Notes: generated by a model not told the origin, from the letters alone. A DNA stretch of 64,000 bases from Octopus vulgaris (GCA_951406725.2 OX597835.1:30070001-30134000), one strand, 5' to 3'. Shown: positions 28,399-43,504, numbered from the stretch's first letter. Translations and numbers: made by a program.

Positions 28399-29520
28399 TA
28401 TGCATATATCTATATACATATATGCACATATGAATATATATATATGGTTGTATTATGTATGTATGTATGTATCTATGCGTATACGTACTTAGTTTATGAA
28501 TGTGTAGTGATATAAATGCACACAGGCGTCCATATACCATATATTAACAGGCGCATATACTTTGAGATATTATATATAAACCTACTTGCATTCATGTACG
28601 CACACACATATACACACAGGAACACATAAAGTCACACGCGCAGTCATATAGCTAAATATATTCGTACCTGTTATGGATATATAAATACATCCACATATAC
28701 ATAAACACTTAATCATGGAAGCGTACATACAAGCATACATACACACATTCATAAACACACGTAACTATCTACACACATACATGTACGTACATGTAGGGAC
28801 ATACATGTACCATGTATATGCATCGGTATATTTATCGTCTGACAGAGGAAAAGTCACGTGCCTCAATTTTATTCGCGCGCTAAGATTAATTAATCAGCGT
28901 GATCTACGAAAGGTCGACTGCTGAATTAGAAGTCCATCGTGGACATTTCATGATGGTGGATGGTGTCTTGCGGAAAAGGATGGACGGGAAAAACACAAAA
29001 ATATAAATAGATAACAAAATAATGATACGCGTCGTTTTTTGAGGCGTGGTGATCGGATAACAGCAATATGTTAAAAGAGGAGTTGTGAATGCTGGAGGGT
29101 GTTTGGATGAAATGTTAAGCATGTGTGTAGATGATTGCTCATGTGTGTGGCTGTTTGTGTTTATGAAAGGTTTCCGTGTGTTTATGGTGGGATGGAAGAG
29201 TTGTGTGTGTGTTAGTAGAGTGGATGGTGGAAAGTTTACAGAAAGATTTAGCCACAAAATAGGAAGAAGATGGCGAACAAAAGCGATACAACATGGCGGA
29301 ATCACGGCAATACATTCATTATCGACTAAGTAGAAAACGTAACGTTTACTTAAGATGGATTTAATGGATAATCAAGGAATACACAGACATACATCGCTGC
29401 GCTATCGTACGCACAAACACACACACACATACACACACATACACACACACAAATACACACACAAGTACCAAATATACACACATACACGCATGCGCACATA
29501 CAATTATTTGTACATATATG

Positions 29521-29554
<34 letters not shown>

Positions 29555-29778
29555 TATACCTATATGTATATGGATACATATATATGCATATAAATATATG
29601 TATGTATATATATATATGATATATATATATATACACATACATACATATAGATATATATATATACATATCTTTCTCTCTATATATATATATATACATGCAC
29701 ACATATATATATATACACATATAAATGCATATGCATTTATATATGCGCACACTTAGACATCAATGTAAATATACATAT

Positions 29779-29814
<36 letters not shown>

Positions 29815-30521
29815 GAATGTATATATACACACATTTATGTGTGGTGGGGAGAGTCCATACGCTTACACACGCGCACACACATATAAACAGGCAAAACGCA
29901 AGCTCACACATACTTGGGATGAGAACAAAGGAAAAGCAAACAAAACAAACAGAAACAAATAAATGTCCCTAAACAAAAGAAAAAAAGAAAACAATACATC
30001 ACAACAACAACAACACAATGACGAAGGATAAAGCAACATCAACAACAACAATATTAATAACAACAATAATAATAGGAAGGACAACAACAATGACAATAAT
30101 GATGATGATAATAATTACAATAATAATAAAAATAAAAATGTATAGCTAAAGGAGGAATGCAATACATGCAAAGAGAAACTCATGAAACGGCCATTTTGTG
30201 CGCGATATATCAACAATCGGATGATACGGAAAGAGCAGCTGGTGTAGGTGGATTGGATATTGGAAACGTGACTCTTCTCCGAATTGATACTATTGCAAAG
30301 ATTGGTGATGGTCGTTAAGAACTTATATAGACATTAGAAGAGAATGAGAAAGAGAGTGAGAAGAGAGAGGGAGAGAGATTCTCTGCTATCTTTGTGCTGC
30401 CAATATGGCATTTTAATGCGACATTGCAACGTTACAATCGCAACGGCTGTTTCGGACAAGATAGCGGCAGAGAGAAAGAGAAATCAGAAAGAGGCTGGTG
30501 ATGGTGGTGTTGCTGTTTTTG

Positions 30522-30553
<32 letters not shown>

Positions 30554-30831
30554 GTTTTGGTAGAGTGGAGAAAAGATGTAAGGTCATTCAGTTGGGATGA
30601 TTGTAGTAATGGTGGTAGTGGTGGTGGTTGTGGTGGTTGTGGTGCTTCTGGATGTACGTGAGGTGGTGTCTGTGTTGGCTCTAGTATTGATGGTCGTCTG
30701 TTGTCTAAAGACAGCAAAGAACGTTGATACATTCATATATAAATACATACATACACAGATACATTCAAATAACAACTGCATAGAGAATCATATGGAGATA
30801 TATATGTGTATATATATGTGTGTATATATTA

Positions 30832-30924
<93 letters not shown>

Positions 30925-30925
<1 letters not shown>

Positions 30926-31278
30926 GAGGCGCAATGGCCCAGTGGTTAGGGCAGCGGGCTCGCGGTCATAGGATCGCGGTTTCGATCCCCAGACCGGGCG
31001 TTGTGAGTGTTTATTGAGCGAAGACACCTAAAAGCTCCACGAGGCTCCGGCAGGGGATGGTGGTGATCCCTGCTGTACTCTTTCACCACAACTTTCTCTC
31101 ACTCTTACTTCCTGTTTCTGTTGTACCTGTGTCACGCTAGATATCCCCGAGAACTACGTTAAGGGTGCACGTGTCTGTGGAGTGCTCAGCCACTTACACG
31201 TGAATTTCACGAGCAGGCTGTTCCGTTGATTCGGATTAACCGGAACCCTCATCGTCGTAACTGACGGAGTGCTTCCCA
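30925..31278 (+). mobile_element. tRNA-derived SINE (family C variant), full length
   Basis: GGAGGCGCAATGGCCCAGTGGTTAGGG head with B-box-like GTTTCGATCCC. The 3' part (GAGAACTACGTTAAGGGT..GTGCTCAGCCACTT..CACGAGCAGG..GTAACTGACGG) is shared with 51930-52150 and 53455-53715. Confidence 0.85.
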
Positions 31279-31281
31279 TCC

Positions 31282-31364
<83 letters not shown>

Positions 31365-31565
31365 TATATATATTGTATATATATATGCATATGTAAATAT
31401 ATATACACATGTATATATCTATCTATCTCTGTCTATCTATCTCTATGGCTTTTCTCAACTATCTCTCTTTCTCTACCATCCTTCTCACTTTCTTGATACA
31501 CAAACATATATATGTATATATATTCACATATGTATATGTATGTATGTGTGCATATATATATATAC

Positions 31566-31616
<51 letters not shown>

Positions 31617-31941
31617 CATACACACACATATATATATATACATACATATATACATGCACACAACCATACAAACACACACGCTCACACACAAATATACATG
31701 AACATCTAATATACATACACACTTACATATATACATAGATATATAACATACCATATATGCATACGCGTCATTTCGATATATAATTGAATCGTACTCTGTC
31801 ACGTGCTATACATAGATACATACATACATACATACATACATACATAAATAATACATACTTGCATAAATATATATGTATGTATGTATATATATATATGTGT
31901 GTGTGTGTGTTTGTATGTATTTATATATATATATGTTTATA

Positions 31942-32008
<67 letters not shown>

Positions 32009-32017
32009 GACATACAT

Positions 32018-32230
32018 ACAGGAGTGGGTGCCGAAAAACATATGACTGTAAGGTTATCACGAAAGGCTTGATTGGAGATCTAACCTTCCGAGTTGTGTTT
32101 GCTGGACTCAGAAAACTGAAAGACCGCTGCAATACTGTAAATGTGAGAGGTGAATATGATGAATAAAATCATTATTAATTGCCCCTGTGTTCTTTTTTAT
32201 CCAAAACCAGGAACTTTTCAGCAACTCCAT
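32018..32230 (+). mobile_element. Internally deleted mariner-type element
   Basis: ...[22 protein letters not shown] resembles the mariner C-terminus; the ends GGAGTGGGTGCCGAAAAAC and AACTTTTCAGCAACTCC are degenerate inverted repeats. Confidence 0.55.
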
Positions 32231-32422
32231 GCGTATATGTATGTATATCTATATATATATATATATATATATATGCGTGTGTGTATATATATATATACAT
32301 ATATATATATATGTATTTATATTATTTATATATATGTGTATATATATATATATAGGTATATATTGATAGATAGATAGGTAGATAGATAGGTAGGTAGATA
32401 GATTGATAGATAGATAGAGAGG

Positions 32423-32460
<38 letters not shown>

Positions 32461-33047
32461 CATAGATACATACATACATACATACATACATACATACATA
32501 CATACATACATACATACATACATACATACATACATACATACATACATAATTCGAGAGAGGAGAAGAGCAAAGGGAAGATGTAGAGAAATATAGAGAATAA
32601 TGTGATGATTTGAATAATAGATCATTAAAATGACTTCTCTTGATAGCATTCTTCTCTAATAAACTCTTTCTGTCACTTATTTCCCCATTTATTTCAAAAC
32701 GTTTAACCTTCTCTATTTACTTTTTAAATTCTCATTGTTTCTCCTTTCCTTACGCCAATACCAACTTCCTTCCGGATGTTACCGATTTGCAACTCGCGAC
32801 TTCCGGCTTCCGGCCTCATTAACCAAACTGATATCGGCTAGCAGTGGACATTTTCTACAAAGTATTTGTGCATGGAGGATGCAGGATGATGCATTGAAGG
32901 TTTTGCCTTCTGGGTAACGGATGCACGGTGTATAATTATAATTGGAGGTGAATACAATGTGGATTATGTTGAGTAATCTCTGCAGGCTGACGGATGCGGT
33001 GAGATTGTTGTGAGTCGGGGTATGCAGGAGTTTGTATGCCCAGATTA

Positions 33048-33146
33048 CAGACGATAGAAGACAATAGCAAACGATAGAAGACGCAGACGATAGAAGACGT
33101 AGGCGATAGAAGACGAAGACGATAGAAGACGTAGACGATAACAGAT
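33048..33146. repeat. Minisatellite of GACGATAGAAGACG(T/C)A-like units
   Basis: About six ~16-bp units directly visible. Confidence 0.85.
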
Positions 33147-33898
33147 GTAGATCAAATGTGAAAGAGGAGGAGGAAGAGTAGGGAATAGGGGGAGAGGAAC
33201 TGAACTGAGAGGAAAGAGTCCTGGACTGTTTGATGTAGAGGTATACAACAGCGTGGAAGTGAAATAGGTCTAGTTTATGACAATTTAAACAAGATTGCCT
33301 GTAATATATATATATGTATATGTATATATAACACTGAAAAACACTTTAGAAACACACACACATATATATATACACACAGAGACACAGACAAATCCATACA
33401 TACATGAATGCATATGTATTTAATAATAATCCTAGGGTGGGAATTATAAACGTTTAATGCAACGCTACGTGCGTTTCCACAGATCCCATAACTAGTCGGC
33501 ACTATTAGACGATGGCCGGTATAATGGCATGGGAGTTCTATTAGCAAAACCCAGAACATCCAAACAAAAACTGTAACAACAATAACAGCTATCAAAGAAG
33601 TAAGGCCAATAATAACAACAACAACGGCAACAACAAACACTGCAGTCCCCAAATGCTTCAACTTTTATCTTTGTCTATGAAAAGGTGTATGTGTTACGTA
33701 GTCTTTTTACTTATTATATATTGTTTATTCATTGTTTTGTAATTTTTTTGTACCTTTTGTGATCTAGTTATATGTTTTATAATATCTTTTATTTTTTCTT
33801 TATGATTTAGTTTATATCTATCATCGATTGAATTACTTAATTTGATTTTATACTAAATTGAATTTTCCCTGTAATTTGGGAGTTATACTTCCTAAAAT

Positions 33899-33987
<89 letters not shown>

Positions 33988-33989
33988 TG

Positions 33990-34830
33990 TGTGTGATGGA
34001 TAAATTGTCGCCATCTTATATTCTGAATTTCGAGCATGCGCATTGTCTGTCTTTGGTTTTGTCGACTACACAGTATTGTAGGATCAGTTGGGCACCGTCT
34101 GTGATAAAAACCACACCATGGCGCAATTCAGAAATTTGGAAACGACATGCCGTACTGCTTCGCATTCGAAGAGGAAGCTCCTATACGAACATTTCACAGT
34201 GTTTGGGAGTCAATCTGAGGACGTGTACCAAGTGTGATAACAATCAAACATCCAATCAACATCTTGGTGTTTGGAGTGATCACTAGTGATGGCGATGTTA
34301 TGCCTCCATTCATCTTCCCACACAGCTTCAAACAGAACACGGAGGCCTACATCAAGTGCCTAGAGGAGGTAGTGCAGCCCTGTGTCAAGAGGGAGACTGC
34401 TGGAAGACTCTATGTCTGGCAACAGGACTCTACACCATCCCACGCAAGCAGAATCCAGTTATGGCTGTCAGACAATTTCTGAGACCACATCATCCCTAAC
34501 ATGTAACCACCTTACTCTCCAGACTGCAACACCCTTGATTATTGTGTGTGTGTGGAGGTGGGGAGCGCAGATGAGTGAGAGCCCGATAAAGCTACTTGTA
34601 ACACAAAAGATGAACTGAAGGCAAGAATTTTGGCAGCATTGACAAACTTAAACAAGGAGACTGCCCAGAAGAGTTACGGGAGATTCCGAAGTCGTATGGT
34701 GAAGCCAATGGCTATTATATTGAATAAATATACTCATTTAGTATTTAGAAATATTTTTTATGTAATTTTGGTAAATATATTTTAAAATGAGATATCAATG
34801 TTATTTTCATTTTTGCGTAATTTAGACTTA
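33990..34830 (+). mobile_element. maT/Tc1-like (DD37D-type) transposon remnant with internal deletion
   Basis: KHPINILVFGVITSDGDVMPPFIF...YVWQQDSTPSH...PPYSPDCNTLDY. There are 36 residues between the last two catalytic Asp as read, two in-frame stops, and the first catalytic Asp region is deleted. Confidence 0.88.
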
Positions 34831-34932
34831 ATTAAATTAGTTATTTACGCAAGTTAATTATACATATATACACAAATACATACATAGATACACACATACA
34901 TACATATGTACCTAAATGCAAACAAACATACA

Positions 34933-34964
<32 letters not shown>

Positions 34965-34985
34965 AGAGCAAAAAGATACGGGCGC

Positions 34986-35040
<55 letters not shown>

Positions 35041-35270
35041 AAAAACTGGGACAAGAACGCAAAACATTTAGAAGACGATACAAAGAACACGGACGCTTAG
35101 ATTTTCCTTTGGGGCTGGCCAGATCGGAGCAATCTCAAGATTAATCAGCCGAAATTGCGAGGATGATCCGGTTCTTGACTGAAGATTGAAGGCTTCGAAT
35201 GTTCCGTCCGTGTTTTTTGTATCGGCTGCTAAATGTTTTGCGTTCTTGTCCCAATTTGTATTTGTTTTAC
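35041..35270. mobile_element. Repeat family E copy with ~55-bp inverted arms (pLTR-like)
   Basis: TGGGACAAGAACGCAAAACATTTAG..CGATACAAAGAACACGGACG is mirrored by CGTCCGTGTTTTTTGTATCG..CTAAATGTTTTGCGTTCTTGTCCCA; in (TA)n. Confidence 0.8.
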
Positions 35271-35280
35271 ATATATATAT

Positions 35281-35341
<61 letters not shown>

Positions 35342-36324
35342 CATATACATACGTCGTATATGTACCGACTCATTTATATACTCGCACGCATATTAGGAAG
35401 ACGTGTGTGTTTGCGATGTGCTTCAAGGTCGCCATCCTGAGACCATTAACAGTAGACATCAACCATATCGGACAATGAAACTACCATATTTCTGCCGACT
35501 TGCAAAGCACTTCCGTCCTCTATTATTTCTGCCCTCAAACCACCTCCATCCACGACCACCATCACAAATATCGCCACCCACCCCCGGCTATCGCTGCAAC
35601 ACTCGACTACCATCCTCTAGATCTTCCCGCTACGGAAACTAACGGTGATGACAACAACCGACACCACCACCACAACCACCACCACTACCACCATCATCCC
35701 CCACTAATACCACTGCCACTATCACCACTATCATCACCTTCACCATCAGCACCACCACCATCACTAGTACCATTACTACCCCCATCACCACCACCGCCAC
35801 CAACACCATCACTACCACCATCACCACCACCATCACCACAACCATCATCACCACCATTGCCACCACTACCATCCCCTCTATCACCAAGAACACTACCGCC
35901 ACTACCACCGCCACCACCATCACTGCCACTACCACTATCACCATCACTATCACCACCACCACCAGCACCACCACCATTACCATCACCACTATTATTACTA
36001 CAATCAACTGAACCCCTAACACTACCCCTCTGCAAGCACCACAAGCACAGCCCAACACCCCCTAATCCTAGAGAGCAACCTACCCCGTTCATCCACCACC
36101 CCATCACAGCATTATCCACTCCCGCTCCCTGCGCCACCCAAACACCGCGCCGCCTTCAGTGAAATCAATTAATCTAATAATGAAGAAAAGAACTGTGTGA
36201 CTTGTGGTGGAGAGGTCATATGTGGAAGCGCATAGTAATACGGCAAGACAAACACCGTAGCATACACACACATACACATTTATTTAGACAGTGCCGTGCG
36301 TGTTTGTATGTATGCTTAGGTATA

Positions 36325-36428
<104 letters not shown>

Positions 36429-36485
36429 ACGCACTTATATGTGTGTGTATAAGTGGGAGCATGCATATATATGTATATATGTATG

Positions 36486-36540
<55 letters not shown>

Positions 36541-36934
36541 ATGAATATGCATATATATGTATTTACGTGTGTGTGCATATATAACATATATGCATATATG
36601 TGTGTGTGTGTTTATGTATATGTATACATATACATATACATATGTATATATATATGTGTGTGTGTATATATATATATATATATGAATACACACACACACA
36701 CACATACACACACATATATATGTATATGTATGGATGCATTTATGTATGTTTAAGTGTACGTTGATACTCACATACATATGTGTGTATGTGTGTGCATAGC
36801 ACAAGGGACACACTTGTATTTAACTTGACTTCGTCTGTCAATCGATTATGTAAACACGAAGGTCATGAGATCGTTCTCCGCTTCCTACTTAACAGACGTC
36901 CACTATTTGTAATTGTTAACCAGATAATGGCTTT

Positions 36935-36993
<59 letters not shown>

Positions 36994-37951
36994 TCCTCTG
37001 GCGGTGGTGATGATGGTAACGCTAGTGGTGGTGGCGGTGGTGTTTGTGGTGCTGGGTTAGGTGGTGGTCGGTGGTGGTGTTGCTGTCTGTTGTTGTTGTT
37101 GTTGGTGGTGGTGGTGGCGATAGTGATGGTGGTAATGGTGGCGCCGAATCGTTAATAACGTCTTTGCTCTTCGCGGCGATGGCGGCAGGGTGACAGTCGG
37201 GGGAGTCATTGCCGGTGGTGGCATTGATGGCGGCAGTAGCGATGGCCACGGTTGGCGGTGGTGGTGATGGTATGCGTGGTGACGCGGGGCAGTAATTGGG
37301 GATGTGACATCAGTGGAAGTGGTCCCGTGTACTGTTAACGTGCTGACGACAGTAGGCGGCGGCGGCGACGACGGGGGGGGGGCTTTATTGGAGGCGGCGG
37401 CGGTAGCCCTAATGGCGATATATTATTGCTCTTGTTGTTGCGATTGAGCTTCCGCTATAGATTTCCCTGTTGATGGTCTTGCGGTGCCGAGGATCTTGTT
37501 TAAGTCTGATATTGGTGTTAATGCCATTGGCAGTGGAAATGGTGTGTGGTGTTGGCATGGTGGTCTATCGGACGGGAAGGGGGTATTAGCGATGGTAGTG
37601 GTGGTGGTGGTCGTGGTGATGTGTTTACTTAGTTGGTGGGGGAGTGCAGTATTGGTCTGGTGGCGTGTTGGGATGGTAATGGGTGCGATACATGTCAGAA
37701 GGAAGTTATTTTGTCTTCGTTTATTGATAAAGAAGTCGATCAATTTTCGTTTTCCTGAATTATCGCATTGATGGTGATGGTCCCGATGATGGTAATGACG
37801 ATGGTAATGATGATGTAGATGACGATGAAGATGTTGATGGCAGTAATGATGGAGAGGGTGATGGTGGTAGTAGTATTTACCTGGTTGTAATAAAGGATGT
37901 GGTGAAAACGATAATGCTTCTACTACTAGTACTACAACAACAACAACAACA

Positions 37952-38006
<55 letters not shown>

Positions 38007-38014
38007 TTAATAAT

Positions 38015-38212
38015 CTTTTCTATCTGCTATAGGCACAAGGCTCGAAATTTTGGGGGAGGGGACGAGTCGATTCATCGACCCCAGTGTTACACTGGTACTT
38101 AATTTATCGACCTCGAAAGGATGAATGGCAAAGATGACCACGGCGGAATTTGAACTTACAATGTAGCGACAGGCGATATACCGCTAAGCATTTCGTCCAG
38201 CTCACTGCCTTA

Positions 38213-38279
<67 letters not shown>

Positions 38280-38281
38280 TT

Positions 38282-38316
<35 letters not shown>

Positions 38317-38319
38317 GAA

Positions 38320-38400
<81 letters not shown>

Positions 38401-38530
38401 TAACACTCTGAGGTCGACTATGCTTTCATCCTTTCGGGGATGGATAAAGGAAGTACCAGTGAAACACTGAGGTCGAGCAAATCGAATGTCCCTATCCCTC
38501 AAATTTCAGTCCTTGCGCCTATAGTAGAAA
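38015..38530. mobile_element. Two oppositely oriented SINE B fragments separated by (CTA)n(AAT)n
   Basis: Minus copy 38015-38215; plus 3' part 38405-38530. Confidence 0.7.
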
Positions 38531-39309
38531 TGATTATTATTATTAAGCTGCTGCTGCTGCTGCTGATGATGATGATGATGCGGAAAATACTGATAACGAT
38601 GATCAGGATGACGATGATAATGATGATGATTATGATAATGATGCTGACGATGACGATGACAATGGCTGTGTCGATGGTTATAATGATGTCGAGATTGGCA
38701 TTATAGTCAGAATGTTTGCTATTGTGATGGACAGAGAGAGAGGCAAGCAAAAGTCAAGTAGCAATGGCTGACAAGACACCGCTGGTGATGGAGATAATGA
38801 CGATGATGATAATGATGATGAAGATTTAGTGATGGAGTTGTAGCGATGGTAGTGCATAAAGAGTTTGCTTGTGTGAGGTGGTGACATTATCTGGCGATGT
38901 TTTACCAGGATGACTGCCAAATGGTAGTGGTGGTGGTGGTGGTGGTAGTTGTGCAGGTGGTGTCGGTGGGAGTAGCGTGTAATTGAAGTGTGTGGTGGCG
39001 GGCGCGGAAGGAAAGAAATGGTGTGTGTGTGTGCTGGTGGTGGTGATGGGAGGGAGAGGTGTATCTGTTGGGGTACACTTGCCTGAGATTGAGCAAATGA
39101 TCGCATGTATTTCAATAACAAAAACCTTGGGAAATTTAAAGGCTGTTTTCCTTGACGGTTTGATATCACTGCAACCGAAAAAAAAAAGAAAAAAAGAAAA
39201 AAAAGAAACAGAAAATGAAGAGAAAAGAATAAATAAATAAAATAAAATAAAATAAAAAAGTACACCACTACCATAAAACAACTATGAAACAACAACCTAC
39301 TGATACTAC

Positions 39310-39407
39310 TGGTGATGATGATGATGACGACGATGACGACGATGTTGATGATGAGGAAGATGATGATGAGGAGGAGGAGGATGATGATGATGAGGATGAT
39401 GATGATG

Positions 39408-39444
<37 letters not shown>

Positions 39445-39467
39445 GGAAGATGATGATGATGAGGATG

Positions 39468-39517
<50 letters not shown>

Positions 39518-39839
39518 GATGAAGATGATGGTGACAACGACAACACCAATAACGACGACGATGCTGAAGATGAGGTAGATGATAATGATGACGATGATGA
39601 TGATGACGACGAGGGTGATGATGATGAAGAAGATGAAGATGAGGATGATGACGACGACGATATTGATGATGAGATGATGATGATGATAACGACGATGTTG
39701 ATGATGAGAGGATGATGATGATGATGTCGACGACAATATTGATAATGAGGGGTGATGATAATGACGATGACGATGATGAAGATGATGATGATAATGATGA
39801 TGATAATGATGGTGATGATAATGATGATGATAATGATGG

Positions 39840-39870
<31 letters not shown>

Positions 39871-39899
39871 GATGATAATGACGACGACGACGATGATGT

Positions 39900-39966
<67 letters not shown>

Positions 39967-39975
39967 GATGATGGC

Positions 39976-40030
<55 letters not shown>

Positions 40031-40377
40031 GTGATGATGGTTACGATGATGACGATGACGACGACGACGACGACGACGATGTTGATGATGATGACAGCTT
40101 TTATTCGCCAGCCGCACGACATATGAATGGTACGATACAAAGACGGATATAAAGCGTGGAGATTTGCATAAAATGGAATAATGAATATAATAATAATGAT
40201 AATACTTTCTACTATAAGCACAAGGCGTGAAATTTTGGGGAAGGGAGCTAATCGATGGTATAGACCCCAGTGTATCACTGGTAATTATTAATAGTTTATC
40301 GACCCGGAAAGGATGAAACGTAACGTCGACCTCGGCGGAATTTGAACTCAGAACGTTGCGACGGGCGATATACTACA

Positions 40378-40451
<74 letters not shown>

Positions 40452-40542
40452 TAATAATAATAATAATAATGATAATAGTAATAATGATGATGATGATGAC
40501 GACGACGACGACAACGACGACGACGATGATGATGATGATGAC

Positions 40543-40588
<46 letters not shown>

Positions 40589-40730
40589 GTATTGATGGTG
40601 ATGATTATGATGGTGATGATGATGATGATGATGATGATGGTGATGATGGTGATGATGATGATGATAATGATGATGATGATGACGATGACGACAACGACGA
40701 CGACGATGATGATGATGATGACGATGACGA

Positions 40731-40762
<32 letters not shown>

Positions 40763-40778
40763 ATGTTGATGATGATGG

Positions 40779-40816
<38 letters not shown>

Positions 40817-40841
40817 GTGATGATGATGGTGATGATGATGG

Positions 40842-40872
<31 letters not shown>
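39310..40872. repeat. Large degenerate (GAT)n arrays interrupted by a SINE B (40205-40375, minus) and (AAT)n
   Basis: Directly visible; source of the spurious poly-His/Asp/Met/Ile ORFs. Confidence 0.97.
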
Positions 40873-40875
<3 letters not shown>

Positions 40876-41223
40876 GGTGAGAGTAACATTGAGTAAAAGC
40901 TAGAAAGCAAAGATTTTTCAGCAGACAATATGGCTGTTACAAGTCACCTTTTGATTATCCAGCAATGAATGACGGAGTGTATCTGTACACGAATGGCTTC
41001 TATAAAGATCAAACGCAGATATGTAATTCTCAACCTTTTCGCATTGGTTCCCAACCCTTATATTTAAATGAGGTTTCCCAAGAACCTGTTTTGATAGGCT
41101 TAGCCTTATGTCTGTCTCGAAAACCAACGCCATCATTTGTTTTTTTCTCTCCCCCAAAAGAAAAGCTCTACCTTGTAACTAATCCCATCTGTGTGCAGCC
41201 CTGTGTGGCCAATAAAGAAACTC

Positions 41224-41273
<50 letters not shown>

Positions 41274-41274
41274 A

Positions 41275-41379
<105 letters not shown>

Positions 41380-41510
41380 ATTAATTAATAAGGGTGAGAG
41401 AATTAGATACTAATTTAATAGTATACCTATTCAACACCAAGTGGCCCAGTGCCCCGAGAAACCTGGATTATTATAATATTTTATAACATATTATAATATT
41501 TTATACAAAA

Positions 41511-41805
41511 ATAAATATAAGAGAGTGGTCACTATGTGGCTCACTCTAGCACTAGTAAATCCAAAAGGTTTCAACCACAAAAATACATGTTTCCCATGAA
41601 AGTCAGTACGATTGTTAGCTCACACGAACAGGGCAAATAAAAAATAACAAAATAATCTGTATTTTTGTTGTTTTTTATTTGCCCTGTTCGTGTGAGCTAA
41701 AAATCGTACTGACTTTCATGGGAAACATGTATTTTTGTGGTTGAAACCTTTTGGATTTACTAGTGCTAGAGTGAGCCACATAGTGACCACTCTCTTATAT
41801 TTATT
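41511..41805. repeat. Near-perfect palindrome, ~140-bp arms, ~10-bp loop (pLTR-like fold-back)
   Basis: ATAAATATAAGAGAGTGGTCACTATGTGG...CACACGAACAGGGCAAATAAAAAA is mirrored with two mismatches seen; an unpaired ~120-bp extension lies on the left; in (TA)n. Confidence 0.93.
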
Positions 41806-41837
<32 letters not shown>

Positions 41838-41859
41838 TATATATATTTTATAGAAGGAT

Positions 41860-41906
41860 CTTCTACAGGACTAGAACTGTTTCATTCAAAAGAAATCATC
41901 AGGAAG
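41860..41906 (-). ncRNA. Type I hammerhead ribozyme motif
   Basis: cttc-CTGATGA-tttc tttt gaat-GAA-ACAG ttctagtc CTGT-A-gaag: 4-bp stem I, stem II with U-U closing, 4-bp stem III, GUA site. The mirror copy at 43901-43947 has stem III/I mutations. Confidence 0.75.
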
Positions 41907-42115
41907 CTAGGTGACAAGAGTAGTTTTGGCATTTATACATTTAGGCAGGTTTAAAAGGGTGGTGGTGGGGGACTTTTTTGGGGTAGGCATGGCGCAAACT
42001 ATCATTCTTAGGGGAGTGGTCAAAGGAATCGGTGGTAAAGTAGATAAAAGAATAAATAAAAGAATAAAATAATAAATAGAAAAATAGACTCTCACTTATA
42101 CATATACATATATAT

Positions 42116-42479
42116 ACTAGCAGTATCGCCCGGCGTTGCTCGGGTTGTAAAGGAAATAACTATATAAGCATTTTTAGAGAGTTATAGCCAAAAAATAGCA
42201 AAAAAATGCATTAAAAATTGAAAAAAATTAAGGATATTTTTAGAGAGTTACTTCCCTTTATATAAAAGCGAAAAAAATGCATTAAACTGGAAAAATATGA
42301 TGGTAAATTTTTTTTAAATCGTAGACTCATCGTAGACGCGCGCTAATACCCAGAAAGGCTCGATATGAATCACGACTATAAGATACCCGCTTTTGGTTAA
42401 ACTGCACCGCAAAATGTGGGAGTAGTTACGAATCTAAATCGAAGGGGACAGACACACAACTTCACTCTTATATAAAGAT
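42116..42479 (-). mobile_element. Helitron-like non-autonomous element
   Basis: 5' ATCTTTATATAAGAGTGAAGTTGTGTGTCTGTC; 3' hairpin CCCGAGCAACGCCGGG plus CTAGT; internal subrepeats (TTTTTAGAGAGTTA, AAAAAAATGCATTAAA). Confidence 0.8.
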
Positions 42480-42889
42480 GCTTTTTTTTTCAGTCATAGA
42501 GTTAGATTTATGAAGGTCTTCAGTAGAAAATCCTTCGAATTCTGACTCGCTGCTTGATATAATGAAATTCGTATCCATTTTTTGTCAGACTTACAAATTT
42601 TGAAAACACAATAGGAACAAATTTCGGAATAAAATCTCCCATAATTCACGGAATTAAAATTACACTTCGATTTTTGTACAAAACTGTATTTGAAGTGTTT
42701 ACGAAGTATAATACGTGTTTTCACGAATGTACTAAAGAGATTTACTCTGATATTCTCATTTAAATATGAATAGGTAAATTCGGGCGGGTTTATATAAGTG
42801 TCGTCTGTTTATACATAAACACTGTTTCATACTTTCAGTTTAGTCTTCCTCAAATCACTCTGTCGCTAATTTACTCTCTTCCAAGAACA

Positions 42890-43242
42890 TTTTCACTCAC
42901 TCTTATCTGTTAGCTTCCCATACATTTTACTCATGTATCTATCAGCGTGATAGACAGAAACAAATATTACATCTAGTTTCACTTTATTCGTTGCACACTG
43001 TGTGTGTGCGTTTGCGTGTGCTGTAAACCAGACTAAGAAAAGCATTTGACATACACACCAGAATGTGAGTTTTCTGTAAATTTTGCTTAATTGGAGTTTA
43101 AATTTTAAAAACTGGACCTGGCATGACCCGATGCATTCTACTCTTAAAAATGCTAGGTAAATTGTAATTGAAGAAATCCTATATTGTAGATTTCTATAAC
43201 TTACAAAGGGAGGCAGATAAAATCTGCCTTTTATAATAAGAG

Positions 43243-43244
<2 letters not shown>
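42890..43244 (-). mobile_element. Second Helitron-like 5' end
   Basis: Minus strand begins A/TCTCTTATTATAAAAGGCAGATTTTATCTGCCT (TC start plus hairpin). Confidence 0.5.
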
Positions 43245-43293
<49 letters not shown>

Positions 43294-43399
43294 CATGTAC
43301 ATATACACATACACACACACACATACACATATGTATACATATACATACATACATATACACACATATACATACATACACATATACATATATACACATACA

Positions 43400-43461
43400 C
43401 ACCAGCATTGGTTGTCAAGCAATGCTAGGGGGACAAACATCGACACATAAACACACACATA

Positions 43462-43504
<43 letters not shown>

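Noticed and set aside
33048-33146. Regularly spaced short repeats as a possible CRISPR array
   Set aside because: No unique spacers, no cas genes, eukaryotic context; a minisatellite.
35130-35205. CTGAAGA-containing segment of family E as a hammerhead
   Set aside because: It is followed by GAAT rather than GAAA, and there is no consistent stem I/III.
35500-36162. 220-aa proline-rich (formin/extensin-like) ORF; similar ones at 3510 and 18692
   Set aside because: Degenerate (CCA)n tract open on both strands, with no flanking domain.
38678-40117. 479-aa His/Ile-rich ORF and overlapping poly-Asp/Met/Ser ORFs
   Set aside because: Translation of (GAT)n arrays; several frames are open and there is no complex sequence or splice support.
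41700-41760. GAAACATGTA in the 41511 palindrome as a hammerhead
   Set aside because: The upstream core reads CTGACTT, not CTGANGA, and stem I is absent.
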